Origin: an uncultured virus (IMG/VR IMGVR_UViG_3300045971_000981) | Lineage: Duplodnaviria; Heunggongvirae; Uroviricota; Caudoviricetes | Direction: 5' to 3' (one strand) | DNA: 64,000 nt | IMG/VR virus record: IMGVR_UViG_3300045971_000981 | Shown here: positions 1 through 9,211 of the stretch, in pieces | Layout of the letters: every line of letters begins with the position of its first letter | Position numbering within the stretch: position 1 is the stretch's first letter | Translations under genes and position numbers: made by a program | The notes under the pieces: model-generated | Database searches by the model: none | What the model was told of the DNA's origin: nothing | The model's input: the letters and a program-made list of their open reading frames with translations, nothing else

Positions 1-493
1 AGCATCATTCCGCAAGCAACGCAGAGATAAGGGGCGGAAGCGCGGGAAGCGGCTTGGAGCAGGCAAAGCCCTGCTTGCAGGAACCGGGATAGGCGGTGGT
101 ATAGGGCTTGCGATCGGAGTTAGAAAAGCAAATAGTGCCGTAAAAGACGTGAGGGATCGGGCATTAGGTGCGATGGGCATGGCTAGAGATCGCCACAAGA
201 AAATGATTGGCGATCTCCAGAAGCGAGGCATGGCAGCGAAATCACATGAAGAAGTCCTCAAGGTTAACCAGGAGTTCTTAAAGGGTACTCAACAATATCA
301 AAATGTCTTAAACAAGGTGGCACGAACCAGTAACGAGAAGGTAGCTGAAATGGCTCCATCCCTCAGGAAAATGGTTGGCAAGAAAGCACTAGTTGGTGCG
401 GGCGTGGGTGCTCTAGCAGGCTTAGGCGGGTACGGGGCTTACCGTGCAGTCAAGGCAATCAAGAATCGTAAGAAGAAAGCTAAGAAGAGGTAA
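1..493 (+). CDS. Basic Lys/Arg-rich protein, paralogue 1 (5'-truncated by window edge); putative virion internal protein
   Basis: Frame open from nt 2 (ASFRKQRRDKGRKRG...), in frame with ORF 149..493; nt 1-42 identical to 532-573 in the next gene; Gly/Ala hydrophobic segments. Confidence 0.7.
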   Translation, partial: ASFRKQRRDKGRKRGKRLGAGKALLAGTGIGGGIGLAIGVRKANSAVKDVRDRALGAMGMARDRHKKMIGDLQKRGMAAKSHEEVLKVNQEFLKGTQQYQNVLNKVARTSNEKVAEMAPSLRKMVGKKALVGAGVGALAGLGGYGAYRAVKAIKNRKKKAKKR

Positions 494-496
494 GCC

Positions 497-961
497 ATGA
501 CCACGATCGCGCAATTCATCACCAATACTCAAGCATCATTCCGCAAGCAACGCAGAGATAAGGGGCGGAAGCGAGGGAGGCGTATTGCCATGATTGGCGC
601 GGGGTTATTAGGTGCGGGCGCTCTAGCCTATGGATTGAAGAGAATAGCAAAAAAGCCGAAACCTAATTCTCAAAAGTCTCTACCGGCAAGCAAGAAACCG
701 ATCGGCTATCCAACTGAATCAAGCCAAGGAGTGGTTAACGAAATGCAGCAGCCAGTAAAGAGTCCGGCGAAGAAGCCAGCGAAAAAGCTGAAGGTTATCA
801 AGTCTAAGCCGAAGGGTGATTTTGTGGCAGACAAGACAGCCTTCAAGAAGAAAAGCAGTAGGAAGGAAACAGTTAAGACAACAGGCTGGCAATCATTCAA
901 ACCCCCATCAAGAAATGGTGGCGAGTGGAAACCACGGAGCAGTAAGTCGAGGAAGGGGTAA
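497..961 (+). CDS. Basic protein, paralogue 2 (MTTIAQFITNTQASF leader, one hydrophobic helix)
   Basis: ORF; leader shared with 965..1390; very K/R rich. Confidence 0.75.
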   Translation: MTTIAQFITNTQASFRKQRRDKGRKRGRRIAMIGAGLLGAGALAYGLKRIAKKPKPNSQKSLPASKKPIGYPTESSQGVVNEMQQPVKSPAKKPAKKLKVIKSKPKGDFVADKTAFKKKSSRKETVKTTGWQSFKPPSRNGGEWKPRSSKSRKG

Positions 962-964
962 GCC

Positions 965-1390
965 ATGACAACGATCGCGCAATTCATCACTAAAACCCAA
1001 GCATCCTTCGGTAAACCCCACAAGCAGCGCAAAGACAAAGGCATGAAGCGGGCGAAGCGGATTGCCTTGATTGGTGCTGGGTTGGTGGGTGCTGGGGCGA
1101 TCGGCTATGGTATCGGACGCATGACTGCACCAAAGAGCAAGAACTATAACCCAGCAGCACCTGTCGGGGCTAAACGCCGTGTAGGGATGCCACCAACCTA
1201 TGATTCTAGTGCCCCTACTGGGTCAAGAAGACGGCAGAACGGATCGCCTTCTGCACCAAAATCTAGGCGGTCTTCGCCCAAAAAGATAGGCATCCCTCAA
1301 GCAAACGGCACCGTCATATCGCCGGACTCCGCCAATAAATTCACCAGATCCCGAAAAAAGAATCAGGGAACCTGGGACAAAAAGAAATAG
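965..1390 (+). CDS. Basic protein, paralogue 3 (MTTIAQFITKTQASF leader)
   Basis: ORF; 957-990 matches 489-522 at 33/34 nt. Confidence 0.75.
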   Translation: MTTIAQFITKTQASFGKPHKQRKDKGMKRAKRIALIGAGLVGAGAIGYGIGRMTAPKSKNYNPAAPVGAKRRVGMPPTYDSSAPTGSRRRQNGSPSAPKSRRSSPKKIGIPQANGTVISPDSANKFTRSRKKNQGTWDKKK

Positions 1391-1510
1391 GGGATGACGC
1401 ATGGCAACGCTACAAGATGGGATCGTCACGAACCCAGCCCTGGAAAAAATTACTTCGCTGAAGACACGGGGTTTTAGACTAAAATCTTTTGATAAAGATA
1501 GTGACTGAGC

Positions 1511-2350
1511 ATGACAGTATTTCGGATCGTCAACGCAAAACGACTGAACATGCTTGGCACCGTTGCTAGGAATCCATCCGCTGTTGCGAAAACGCTGCTG
1601 GCTGCGGACAAGGCTGCGGTGGCAGCAGGCACCCTAAAAACTGGCAGAGGGCGACTTGGGCAACTAGGTGATGCTGTAACTGAATCAGAAATAGCCAGGA
1701 CATTGACCCTCTCTACAGGCGGTCGGGTAGGCAATATCGCAGGGACTTCCATTGCCGGTCCTTTTATCGCCATACCTGCGGTTGGACCATTAGCAGGCAT
1801 GGCTGGTAAAAAAATTGGCGAAACCGCGACAAGAAAAACACTTAATGCTGCATATGTAACTCATCGCAACTTATTTAAGAAACGGAGAACCCGTAAAGAC
1901 AAAGGAATCAGACGCACTTTTGGCGCGATGAATCGCCTAGACCGCATGAAGGGCAAAAACCTTATAGCGGAAGCTACGATACCCTCAATCGTCAAGAACG
2001 CCAAGAAAGTTCATAAGGGTGAACTCGCTCCACGGCAGTTCTTGCAAGTCTCCGTCAACGATATAAAAGAAAGATTATATACAAAGCTGAACATAGAAAA
2101 GCGCATCAAGAAGGGAGAAGCTAGAGAGCGGTGGCTGAACGGCAAGATCAATAAGATGATCAAGACTGGTAAATTCCGCTATCAACGGGCAGGAATCATC
2201 TCGCTCAACCCTGCTTATTCTTACTCCAATATCGCAGCATTTCGTCGAGCATCATCACCAAAGAAAATCCGCCACCCAAAATCATCAACAGCAAAAAACC
2301 GACCACGATTATTATCTCTACCCAAGGGGGAATCGGCAGGTTTTTGTTAG
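1511..2350 (+). CDS. Basic hypothetical protein with RKDKG and AAF motifs related to the paralogue family
   Basis: 279-aa ORF, K/R rich, contains RTRKDKG and SNIAAFRR. Confidence 0.65.
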   Translation: MTVFRIVNAKRLNMLGTVARNPSAVAKTLLAADKAAVAAGTLKTGRGRLGQLGDAVTESEIARTLTLSTGGRVGNIAGTSIAGPFIAIPAVGPLAGMAGKKIGETATRKTLNAAYVTHRNLFKKRRTRKDKGIRRTFGAMNRLDRMKGKNLIAEATIPSIVKNAKKVHKGELAPRQFLQVSVNDIKERLYTKLNIEKRIKKGEARERWLNGKINKMIKTGKFRYQRAGIISLNPAYSYSNIAAFRRASSPKKIRHPKSSTAKNRPRLLSLPKGESAGFC

Positions 2351-2470
2351 GCGCTAGCAATGTGGAGATTAGCATTAATAATTAGCCGTTAGATTACCTT
2401 AATATTCTAATTGGACTTGTTAGACTAAAGGCAAATCTTTCGATCATCCTGACGATCGGGCAACAAAATC

Positions 2471-3145
2471 ATGGAATTAGAAACCGTCAAAGGCTACACC
2501 ACCAGCCTAGATCTAGGAAACGGCAGATCGCTTGGCTGTTACGAGCTACCGAGCGGTGAAAAACGTGTGGGGTTCGCTAGCGCTAGTATCGCTTTAGGTT
2601 ACGACAAAAACTGGCTAGGCAGGTTATCGACTAACGGGAAGGAACTGCTGGGGTTTTTACAGCATGAGGGCTGGGAAGGCTCTGTTGTGGTGGTCAAGTT
2701 CGATGTGTCCACTACCAGGACATCAGCTCGGACGATCTCTCTAAATGACTTCCAGCTACTTGCCAAGTATGAAGCTATGAAAGGAAACCTCAAAGCTCAA
2801 ATTCTTTTGGGGTGGAAGAGTGACACACCTGCCGCTGCTCAGCGTAAAAGAGGCGACGGAAGGAAGTGGACTGGTGATGAAGGCTATATATACTGCTTCG
2901 CAAGTCCAGAAATAGGCTGCTGCAAGATTGGATTTTCAAAAAACCCAGACAGCAGGATGAAACATGTGCAAACAAGTTTTCCATTCAAGCTTTCCTTGTT
3001 GTGGGTGATTCCTGGATCTATTCAAGACGAGAGACATCTTCACGAAGCCTTGGACGACTTAAGACTTGAGGGCGAGTGGTTCGACTTAATCGCATCGACG
3101 CTAGTTGATCACAGGTTGCCTAAAGATACTTTCAATGCCGCTTAA
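2471..3145 (+). CDS. P63C/antirepressor-like N-domain fused to a GIY-YIG (T5orf172-type) domain
   Basis: C-terminal YIYCF...KIGFSKNPDSR..VQT..P...E..LH...RLEGEWF motif; N-terminus paralogous to 3230..3745. Confidence 0.7.
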   Translation: MELETVKGYTTSLDLGNGRSLGCYELPSGEKRVGFASASIALGYDKNWLGRLSTNGKELLGFLQHEGWEGSVVVVKFDVSTTRTSARTISLNDFQLLAKYEAMKGNLKAQILLGWKSDTPAAAQRKRGDGRKWTGDEGYIYCFASPEIGCCKIGFSKNPDSRMKHVQTSFPFKLSLLWVIPGSIQDERHLHEALDDLRLEGEWFDLIASTLVDHRLPKDTFNAA

Positions 3146-3229
3146 AGCCTTGCCGCATGAGGGTCTGGACTGGTTGGTATTCCAATATGGAGACTAGGGT
3201 TAACAACGGGAGTTACTGGTAGAAAAATC

Positions 3230-3745
3230 ATGGAAGTTTCAGAGACTATCAAAGGTTATACAGCCAGCCTAGATCTAGGCAACGGTAGATTGCTTGATTG
3301 CTACGAGTTGCCTAGCGGTGAGAAGCGAGTTGGGTTTGCTGGCACCAGCGTTGCGCTAGGCTACAGCAAAGAGTGGTTTGGGCGGTTAGCCACGAGGGGG
3401 AAAAAGCTCCTTAAAGCCTTGCAGGAAGAAGGCTATAACGGGTTGGAGGTTACGGTTAGTTCCGAGACCAGAGGTAAAACCGTCACAGCAAAAACCATTA
3501 GTGTCCGCGACTTTGTGAAGGTTGTCGGTCAGGACGCGATCGTCAATCGGAACCCAAAATCCATAACATTGCTGGTCGCTTTTGCTGAAGTCGGAATCGA
3601 AAAGGTCATCAACGATCTATTCACCGGGAACAACACTGACTACCTGCTGCAAAAGATTGAGCATTACAGCCAATGGACGCAGGAAGATCTCGAAGCGGTG
3701 CTGGCATACAATAGGGAAGACGCACGATCGCTGAGACTGGGTTAA
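3230..3745 (+). CDS. P63C/antirepressor-like DNA-binding protein
   Basis: LDCYELPSGEKRVG motif; paralogue of the upstream N-domain. Confidence 0.55.
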   Translation: MEVSETIKGYTASLDLGNGRLLDCYELPSGEKRVGFAGTSVALGYSKEWFGRLATRGKKLLKALQEEGYNGLEVTVSSETRGKTVTAKTISVRDFVKVVGQDAIVNRNPKSITLLVAFAEVGIEKVINDLFTGNNTDYLLQKIEHYSQWTQEDLEAVLAYNREDARSLRLG

Positions 3746-4170
3746 TGACGACAATCAGAGAATTCATCTCAAGCGCACTCAGCGAATTCAGCGGGGTAGC
3801 TCTACAGGATTTAGACCGCACACCCGATGGCAAAGTAAAGTACCGGGGCAAAAAGCTCAAGCCAAATCAGCCTGTTGCCAGCGATCGCCCAGGTAAAAAG
3901 CGCATGGTTCTGGCAACCAAAAAAGTCGGAGGCGAAACCAAGGTCAAGTTGGTCCACTACGGAGCAAAAGGCTACTCCCACAACTACAATCCAGAAGCAA
4001 AGCGCAGTTATCTTGCCCGTTCTGGAGGTATTAGAGATAAGCATGGGAAGCTAACTAGCAAGGATAAATGGAGTCCCAATCACTGGGCGCGGAAGGATCT
4101 CTGGAGCAAGAATCTCAAGGCAGACGGATCAACCAAGTACTCGTTAAAACCCGCTCATACCAAAGACTAA
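3745..4170 (+). CDS. Basic viral protein (DUF5754-like) with MTTIREFIS leader
   Basis: KKRMVL...KLVHYGAKGY...YLARS..I...SPNHWARKDLW pattern recalled from viral proteins. Confidence 0.5.
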   Translation: MTTIREFISSALSEFSGVALQDLDRTPDGKVKYRGKKLKPNQPVASDRPGKKRMVLATKKVGGETKVKLVHYGAKGYSHNYNPEAKRSYLARSGGIRDKHGKLTSKDKWSPNHWARKDLWSKNLKADGSTKYSLKPAHTKD

Positions 4171-4210
4171 GAGGTGGTGCTACACTACTGGAAACAATTA
4201 TCGATGAATT

Positions 4211-4504
4211 ATGAATAAATTTCAATTAGTCGATGCGATCGCCGCAAAGACATCCAGCACAAAAAAAGATGCTGAGGCTGCTCTGAATGCTTTTATGGAA
4301 GTCGTCATGGATACTGTCGCAGAAGGCGACAAGGTGACACTGGTTGGTTTCGGGACGTTTGAAGCCCGCGATCGGGCTGAGCGGCAAGGGCGCAACCCTC
4401 AGACGGGAGAGACCATGACCATCCCCGCTACTCGTGCTACGGTCTTTGTTGCTGGGAAGACATTCAAGGACATAGTGACTGGCGCGGCTATAGCAGTGGC
4501 ATAG
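4211..4504 (+). CDS. hup: HU-family histone-like DNA-binding protein
   Basis: MNKFQLVDAIA...VTLVGFGTFE..DRAERQGRNPQTGETMTIPA signature. Confidence 0.95.
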   Translation: MNKFQLVDAIAAKTSSTKKDAEAALNAFMEVVMDTVAEGDKVTLVGFGTFEARDRAERQGRNPQTGETMTIPATRATVFVAGKTFKDIVTGAAIAVA

Positions 4505-4511
4505 GTCGCAA

Positions 4512-4621
4512 CCGTCGGTGGCGAAATCGGTAGACGCGGCAGCACAGGGGAGCCAGAAAAGCAACTCCGAAATACTGCTCAGCCTTTTGCAGGGTTGCAG
4601 GTTCAAGTCCTGCCCGACGGA
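4512..4621 (+). ncRNA. tRNA-Leu-like RNA with enlarged, non-canonical anticodon arm
   Basis: Acceptor CCGTCGG/CCGACGG plus discriminator A; D-arm GCGAAATCGGTAGACGC; T-arm GCAGG-TTCAAGT-CCTGC; long variable arm AGCCTT/AGGGTT; anticodon stem encloses 32 nt instead of 7. Confidence 0.8.
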
Positions 4622-4622
4622 T

Positions 4623-7436
4623 TTACAAGTTACGACGAAAGCGGATTTGCCCGTAGGTGTCACCCAGCTTGAACCCGATCGTGCGAACCTGGGAGGCGTA
4701 AAATGTTGGGCTCGATGCTCCATCCTGCCCGATCGCTGGCACCTTTGTGATCGTCAATGGGATGACACGATCGATCCCTGCCGTGAAGCTGGTCGGAGAA
4801 GGGACGATTTCTAGCAGTCCTTCCGACATGCCATTGATCTCCACCTCATTGCTAACACTCAAGACTTGCACTCGATGAGTTTCCGCAATGCCTTGCGTCA
4901 AGGTTATTTTGTCAGCGGGACGCAGCCGAGCATTAAACGGAGTCTTGCCAGAGTAATTGACGGTGTTCTGCAAGTCATTCAACTTTAGTCGGCACTTTGC
5001 CGCTATTCTTAGCTGATCCTCGGTTTCCACCTTGTCGAAGGACTCACTACCCCCGATCGGTGACTCAGTATCATATCCAGGCGTGTTCAACAGGAAGTCG
5101 AACTTTGCTTGCTCAGGATCAGCATTAACCTTGTTCTTCTCCTCTGGCGGCTCCTTGAGGGTATACATGGGAGCACGATTAGCTAGTGGGGGTCTACCCT
5201 GCGTAGGCGGGATAGAAGCAGATGTTTCGACAGCCTTGTCTTTGAAATTAGCATTCTGAGCCGAGTCTTTCGTGGTGTACTCTGTGTAGCGGTCTGGATC
5301 ACCTTTCTCTCCGGTTGTGACACCAACGGAAAGAGAGTTTTTCCGAGTGTTTTCTGAAGGCAGAATATCAACCCTGTGATATTCATAGTATTCTTCACCA
5401 GACATTAAATCGGGCGACTTCGGATCGTCCTCGCCTTTCGATAGATTTTCTGGATTCGGGACAACACAGATAGACGAATAAAAATTCAGGGACTCCTTCA
5501 CGAAAAACGCGGGTGCCCAGCCAGGGTCGATCGCTAATGCCCAGCTACTGCTGCCATCCCGATTGCAAACCTTGTACGGGAAAAATCGGGGGTCTTCCTG
5601 GGCATCAATGTAATAGTCCCAATGCTGATGCAGCGACATGAGTGTACGACCAGAGATGGGGACATAGCGGAAACGATAGGCTTCGTACTCAGCCCTAGCA
5701 ACCTTGTCATTATTGTCTGCTGCTAATGCATCAGCAGCCGCTAGCAGTTCCAGTCCGTCGTCGGACTCCTGCTTTGCTTGAGACATCCGGTAGCCAGTGG
5801 TGTAAGCAGTAAGTTCATAACCAGTGTCAGGGTCGTATATGATGTCCCTGACTTTTTGCTGACAAATTCTCCAAAACGGAAAAGGGCTGGCATCGATCGT
5901 CCTGACACGCTTATCGCCGTTAATAACCTCTCTCACCACCTCTAGGGATGTGTACCACCATCCAAAGATAGTCTCGATCACCCTGATGGGGTAGCCGTCT
6001 TCAGTGATCGTAACAATCTCTGTCTTAGTGTTTCCTGACTGGTTCCAGTTCAGGCTCATCGTCTTGATGCTTCTAGAATTCTCAGGGGGTTGACGTGGGT
6101 CAGGGTCACCCGTGACATCTCTTTTTTGTTTCCGCTGCCGTCTCTCCCAGTCCGGTTTCTGGTCAGACCTACCCTGAGTATCTTCGCCGTTGCTAGGCTT
6201 GGCTGTATTCAGGAATTCCCCAGAGACGACACGGTTATTGTACTCAAAGCCGTACCCGCGAAAATCAGGACTGCGAGTGGCTGTCCCTTGATAGCTTAGT
6301 TCTGGTGGCGATGCGCTAACGTCGTATTGCCATGATGTGAAAGCATCCCAAGAAACAACCTTGACCGATGCTGGGCTTGATAAGTCAACACGGCAGTTAT
6401 TACACTCAAGCCTAGATTGGATCTCTGAAAGCCATGATGTTGAAGCATCACGAGGGGCGCTCTGATCAATTTCGCAATCCCAAGATCCAACGCCTATTTT
6501 CGCTGCTGCCATGCTCCCGGGGGCACCAGCCGCAAAGTCAACACGAACACCTACTTGCTTAGCCAGATCAGATATTGAGATCGTTTTCTTAGCACTAGAA
6601 ATTGCAGATCCCGCCCCACTGCCACCCACTAAGCAGTCAGGATCTTGTGCTTTCCCCGTCTTTGTTACCGCTGCTTCAGGAGTATAGTAGCAAGGCTTTT
6701 GCCGATCGGTGGTGTCCCATTTGCCCGTCAAACTAACCTCACCCTCATAGATGCCTGCGGGGAAATCAGTCAGGGGTTGCAGTTTCTCCGAGAAGCTGGA
6801 CACCGAGAAACCAATATCCCAAATCTGAAACTCAGATCCCTTCTTTAGTCGTTGGCGCAGAGCGTCAATCCCAGTGCGAGTAGTCACAAAGGAAAACTGC
6901 CCTGTTGGATGACCGTTCAAGGGGATTGACCACGTTAGCTTGCCCTTGATCGGCATCGTCAATAGATCTTGCAGGAAATGGGGTGGAGCGAGGTCGGTGG
7001 GGATCGAGTCAGTGGTTGCATGAACTACGGCTTGTGCTCCAGTCACCATCTCACCGGACGATCGCTGCTTAACGGTGACAGTCTTGCTCACAGAGTTAAC
7101 CACGAATTCACCTGCCTGCGGATCGCCTGCATCCACTGCGGGCAGATAGACCGTGCCTCCAGAACTGATCGACGAGACACCATCCAGGTTTGTGGTTTCC
7201 GGCAACGTCAATACCACATCGATCGTGGATGTGTCAGGAGTTGTCACTGGCACCAATGTTGTTTCTCGCCCAGCCAGCACCCCATCTTGGTTGTAATTCG
7301 CAGAATAGTCAATCTGCGTCAAGGGCATTCCCTGAAACAAAGAAGATTCTCCACCCACAACAGCCAGCGGGAAACCAAACCCTTGCTCAACACTAAATGG
7401 CTGAGCTTCGCTGACGGTGCCTGCAACTTTCCACAT
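4623..7436 (-). CDS. Large hypothetical protein, probable tail/baseplate component
   Basis: 937-aa ORF, beta-strand-like composition, virion-module context; no diagnostic motif. Confidence 0.5.
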   Translation of the reverse strand: MWKVAGTVSEAQPFSVEQGFGFPLAVVGGESSLFQGMPLTQIDYSANYNQDGVLAGRETTLVPVTTPDTSTIDVVLTLPETTNLDGVSSISSGGTVYLPAVDAGDPQAGEFVVNSVSKTVTVKQRSSGEMVTGAQAVVHATTDSIPTDLAPPHFLQDLLTMPIKGKLTWSIPLNGHPTGQFSFVTTRTGIDALRQRLKKGSEFQIWDIGFSVSSFSEKLQPLTDFPAGIYEGEVSLTGKWDTTDRQKPCYYTPEAAVTKTGKAQDPDCLVGGSGAGSAISSAKKTISISDLAKQVGVRVDFAAGAPGSMAAAKIGVGSWDCEIDQSAPRDASTSWLSEIQSRLECNNCRVDLSSPASVKVVSWDAFTSWQYDVSASPPELSYQGTATRSPDFRGYGFEYNNRVVSGEFLNTAKPSNGEDTQGRSDQKPDWERRQRKQKRDVTGDPDPRQPPENSRSIKTMSLNWNQSGNTKTEIVTITEDGYPIRVIETIFGWWYTSLEVVREVINGDKRVRTIDASPFPFWRICQQKVRDIIYDPDTGYELTAYTTGYRMSQAKQESDDGLELLAAADALAADNNDKVARAEYEAYRFRYVPISGRTLMSLHQHWDYYIDAQEDPRFFPYKVCNRDGSSSWALAIDPGWAPAFFVKESLNFYSSICVVPNPENLSKGEDDPKSPDLMSGEEYYEYHRVDILPSENTRKNSLSVGVTTGEKGDPDRYTEYTTKDSAQNANFKDKAVETSASIPPTQGRPPLANRAPMYTLKEPPEEKNKVNADPEQAKFDFLLNTPGYDTESPIGGSESFDKVETEDQLRIAAKCRLKLNDLQNTVNYSGKTPFNARLRPADKITLTQGIAETHRVQVLSVSNEVEINGMSEGLLEIVPSPTSFTAGIDRVIPLTITKVPAIGQDGASSPTFYASQVRTIGFKLGDTYGQIRFRRNL

Positions 7437-7438
7437 AG

Positions 7439-8011
7439 TTACCCTCCAGCCACCCTGCGTCGTTCCAATTCGGTGAACGAAAAACTGATCCCCTCAGTGA
7501 AGCGATCGCGTTGTCGTCCAGGGATACCAGGGGTGAATCCCTTCTGGTCATCAGGGAGGACAATCCGCCCTCTCCTGACGGTGAAAAAACGCTCATCCCT
7601 GCCAGCCAGTTTACGATCGGCTAGCTCAGGCCGGACAAAATCCAGCAATGTCACAGGGGCATGTGCTGAAATCGTAGTGGACAGACTGGCTATTTCCTCT
7701 AGGATGTAGAGCTTGTCCACTTCAGTGTCAACCAGCGTCGCCTCAAACCCAACCCGCGCCGATCGGTAGGGAGCCATCTTCTGAAGTAATGCATCGTCAT
7801 AGGCAGGGCGCGAAGGTCTCTCCCGTTTCAGGGCATAGGTATTCGGGTCAGCCCATAGCAAGAAAAATGTCTCGCCTTCCCTCAAAAGCGATGCATACAG
7901 TGTTGCAGCCTCTGCGTCAAACCAGCTATCGGGCGCTTCAAACGTGGCTTGCACAGAAATTGGGCAGGCGATTAATAGTTTTTCAGCAGAAACAGGTCCT
8001 TGGCAAACCAT
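7439..8011 (-). CDS. Hypothetical protein, co-transcribed with the 937-aa gene
   Basis: 190-aa ORF abutting the next gene. Confidence 0.6.
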   Translation of the reverse strand: MVCQGPVSAEKLLIACPISVQATFEAPDSWFDAEAATLYASLLREGETFFLLWADPNTYALKRERPSRPAYDDALLQKMAPYRSARVGFEATLVDTEVDKLYILEEIASLSTTISAHAPVTLLDFVRPELADRKLAGRDERFFTVRRGRIVLPDDQKGFTPGIPGRQRDRFTEGISFSFTELERRRVAGG

Positions 8012-8149
8012 TGGGGAGATGTGGTCGAGATACCTCTAGTCTACTCGCACTTCGTCATTGCCGAAGTGCTTACATGATAAATACAGGTCTATTTCCCGTG
8101 GATGAGGTAAGATTGACGTGGATGCACCCAACTCCACAATGGGGGACGT

Positions 8150-8590
8150 ATGCCCGGAGACACGGCTGGATCTGAAAATCAGAAATCTCTAGATAGCATT
8201 GCACGTCAACTTGCTGACGTGCAAACCGTCCTACGGCAGGTAGTTACTCATACAAAGAAGCTCAGTGCTGACAACGTTCAGCTTACTCAGAAAGTAGCGA
8301 AGTTAAGCTTTGAGCTTCAACAAAACAGCGAACGCGATCTCAAGTTCATGAGGTCCATTCGCAAGGAAGGGATTCGGCATATTGCCCTGACCCTAACCGT
8401 GTCTGGTTTATTGGTTGCGTTCATGATCAAGCTGATTATCCAGGTTGACTTTACCACTCTTGATCTCAGCCAAGTCAATACCAATTCGTTGATAGAGAAG
8501 CTATTGCCGTACATCATTGCTGGTGTGGCAGCAGTCGGTGGGGGTGCGTACTACAACAACCGAGCGGAGAAACCTGACGACAACCTATGA
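8150..8590 (+). CDS. Coiled-coil plus two-TM membrane protein (possible holin)
   Basis: Two hydrophobic segments; upstream of the peptidase gene. Confidence 0.45.
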   Translation: MPGDTAGSENQKSLDSIARQLADVQTVLRQVVTHTKKLSADNVQLTQKVAKLSFELQQNSERDLKFMRSIRKEGIRHIALTLTVSGLLVAFMIKLIIQVDFTTLDLSQVNTNSLIEKLLPYIIAGVAAVGGGAYYNNRAEKPDDNL

Positions 8591-8597
8591 GCATCGA

Positions 8598-9185
8598 ACA
8601 ATGCCTCGTCAATCTAAAACTCCTGCCAGCAAGAGAGGCGACTTCCAAGACTGGCGAAGTTGGCTGCGAATCCGCAGTCCTGGCGGCAGTTCTGTCAGAA
8701 ATGACCAAGACGAAACTAGAAAGCCAGCCGGGGCTTTCCAAGTCGTGGACCACGGTGACAGCGAAAACGCCAAGTGGATTGTGCATCAGTGGCGCGGTCT
8801 TTGCCGGGGGCACACTATCTATTTGGCAATCACTCACCTCCGACCTGGGGTGGACAAATCTGGCAAAAGACTCGAACCGTATATTGAACATGAAGGTTGT
8901 ACCCACGAGGTTTGGATTCAGTCGCAGCTTCCTTCAGTGGGCAAGCAATGGCGCTATCTTTTTCGAGGGCAATTTAACTTTGGGGCTGGCTTTAATCGCT
9001 ACCCTTCTACAAAGGAGCTAGACGAATGCGCCTTGCGAGTCTGCGACACGATCGGCGAGTTTATTGCTGGGGACAACTCCTTGAGAGCAGAAGGCTTTAC
9101 CTATCGAGACGACGACCGCCATGACTTCTGGGTAAAGTTTATCGCGATCGCCATTCAGAAGAACACGATTACTCACCAACCATAG
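8598..9185 (+). CDS. Hypothetical protein
   Basis: ORF 8517..9185; ATG at 8598 just after the previous stop is the likelier start. Confidence 0.5.
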   Translation, partial: TMPRQSKTPASKRGDFQDWRSWLRIRSPGGSSVRNDQDETRKPAGAFQVVDHGDSENAKWIVHQWRGLCRGHTIYLAITHLRPGVDKSGKRLEPYIEHEGCTHEVWIQSQLPSVGKQWRYLFRGQFNFGAGFNRYPSTKELDECALRVCDTIGEFIAGDNSLRAEGFTYRDDDRHDFWVKFIAIAIQKNTITHQP

Positions 9186-9211
9186 ACACACAAGTAAACT
9201 CAGGAGTTTTT

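Noticed and set aside
4543..4574. Group I intron of cyanobacterial tRNA-Leu(UAA)
   Set aside because: The insert is far too short and there is no UAA anticodon context
4518..4814. ORFs 4518..4814 (+) and 4226..4723 (-)
   Set aside because: They overlap the tRNA-like gene, HU and the 937-aa gene; shadow frames
8587..9021. Alternative-frame ORF (spanin-like overlap)
   Set aside because: No lipobox or recognisable motif; 8598..9185 preferred, though uncertain
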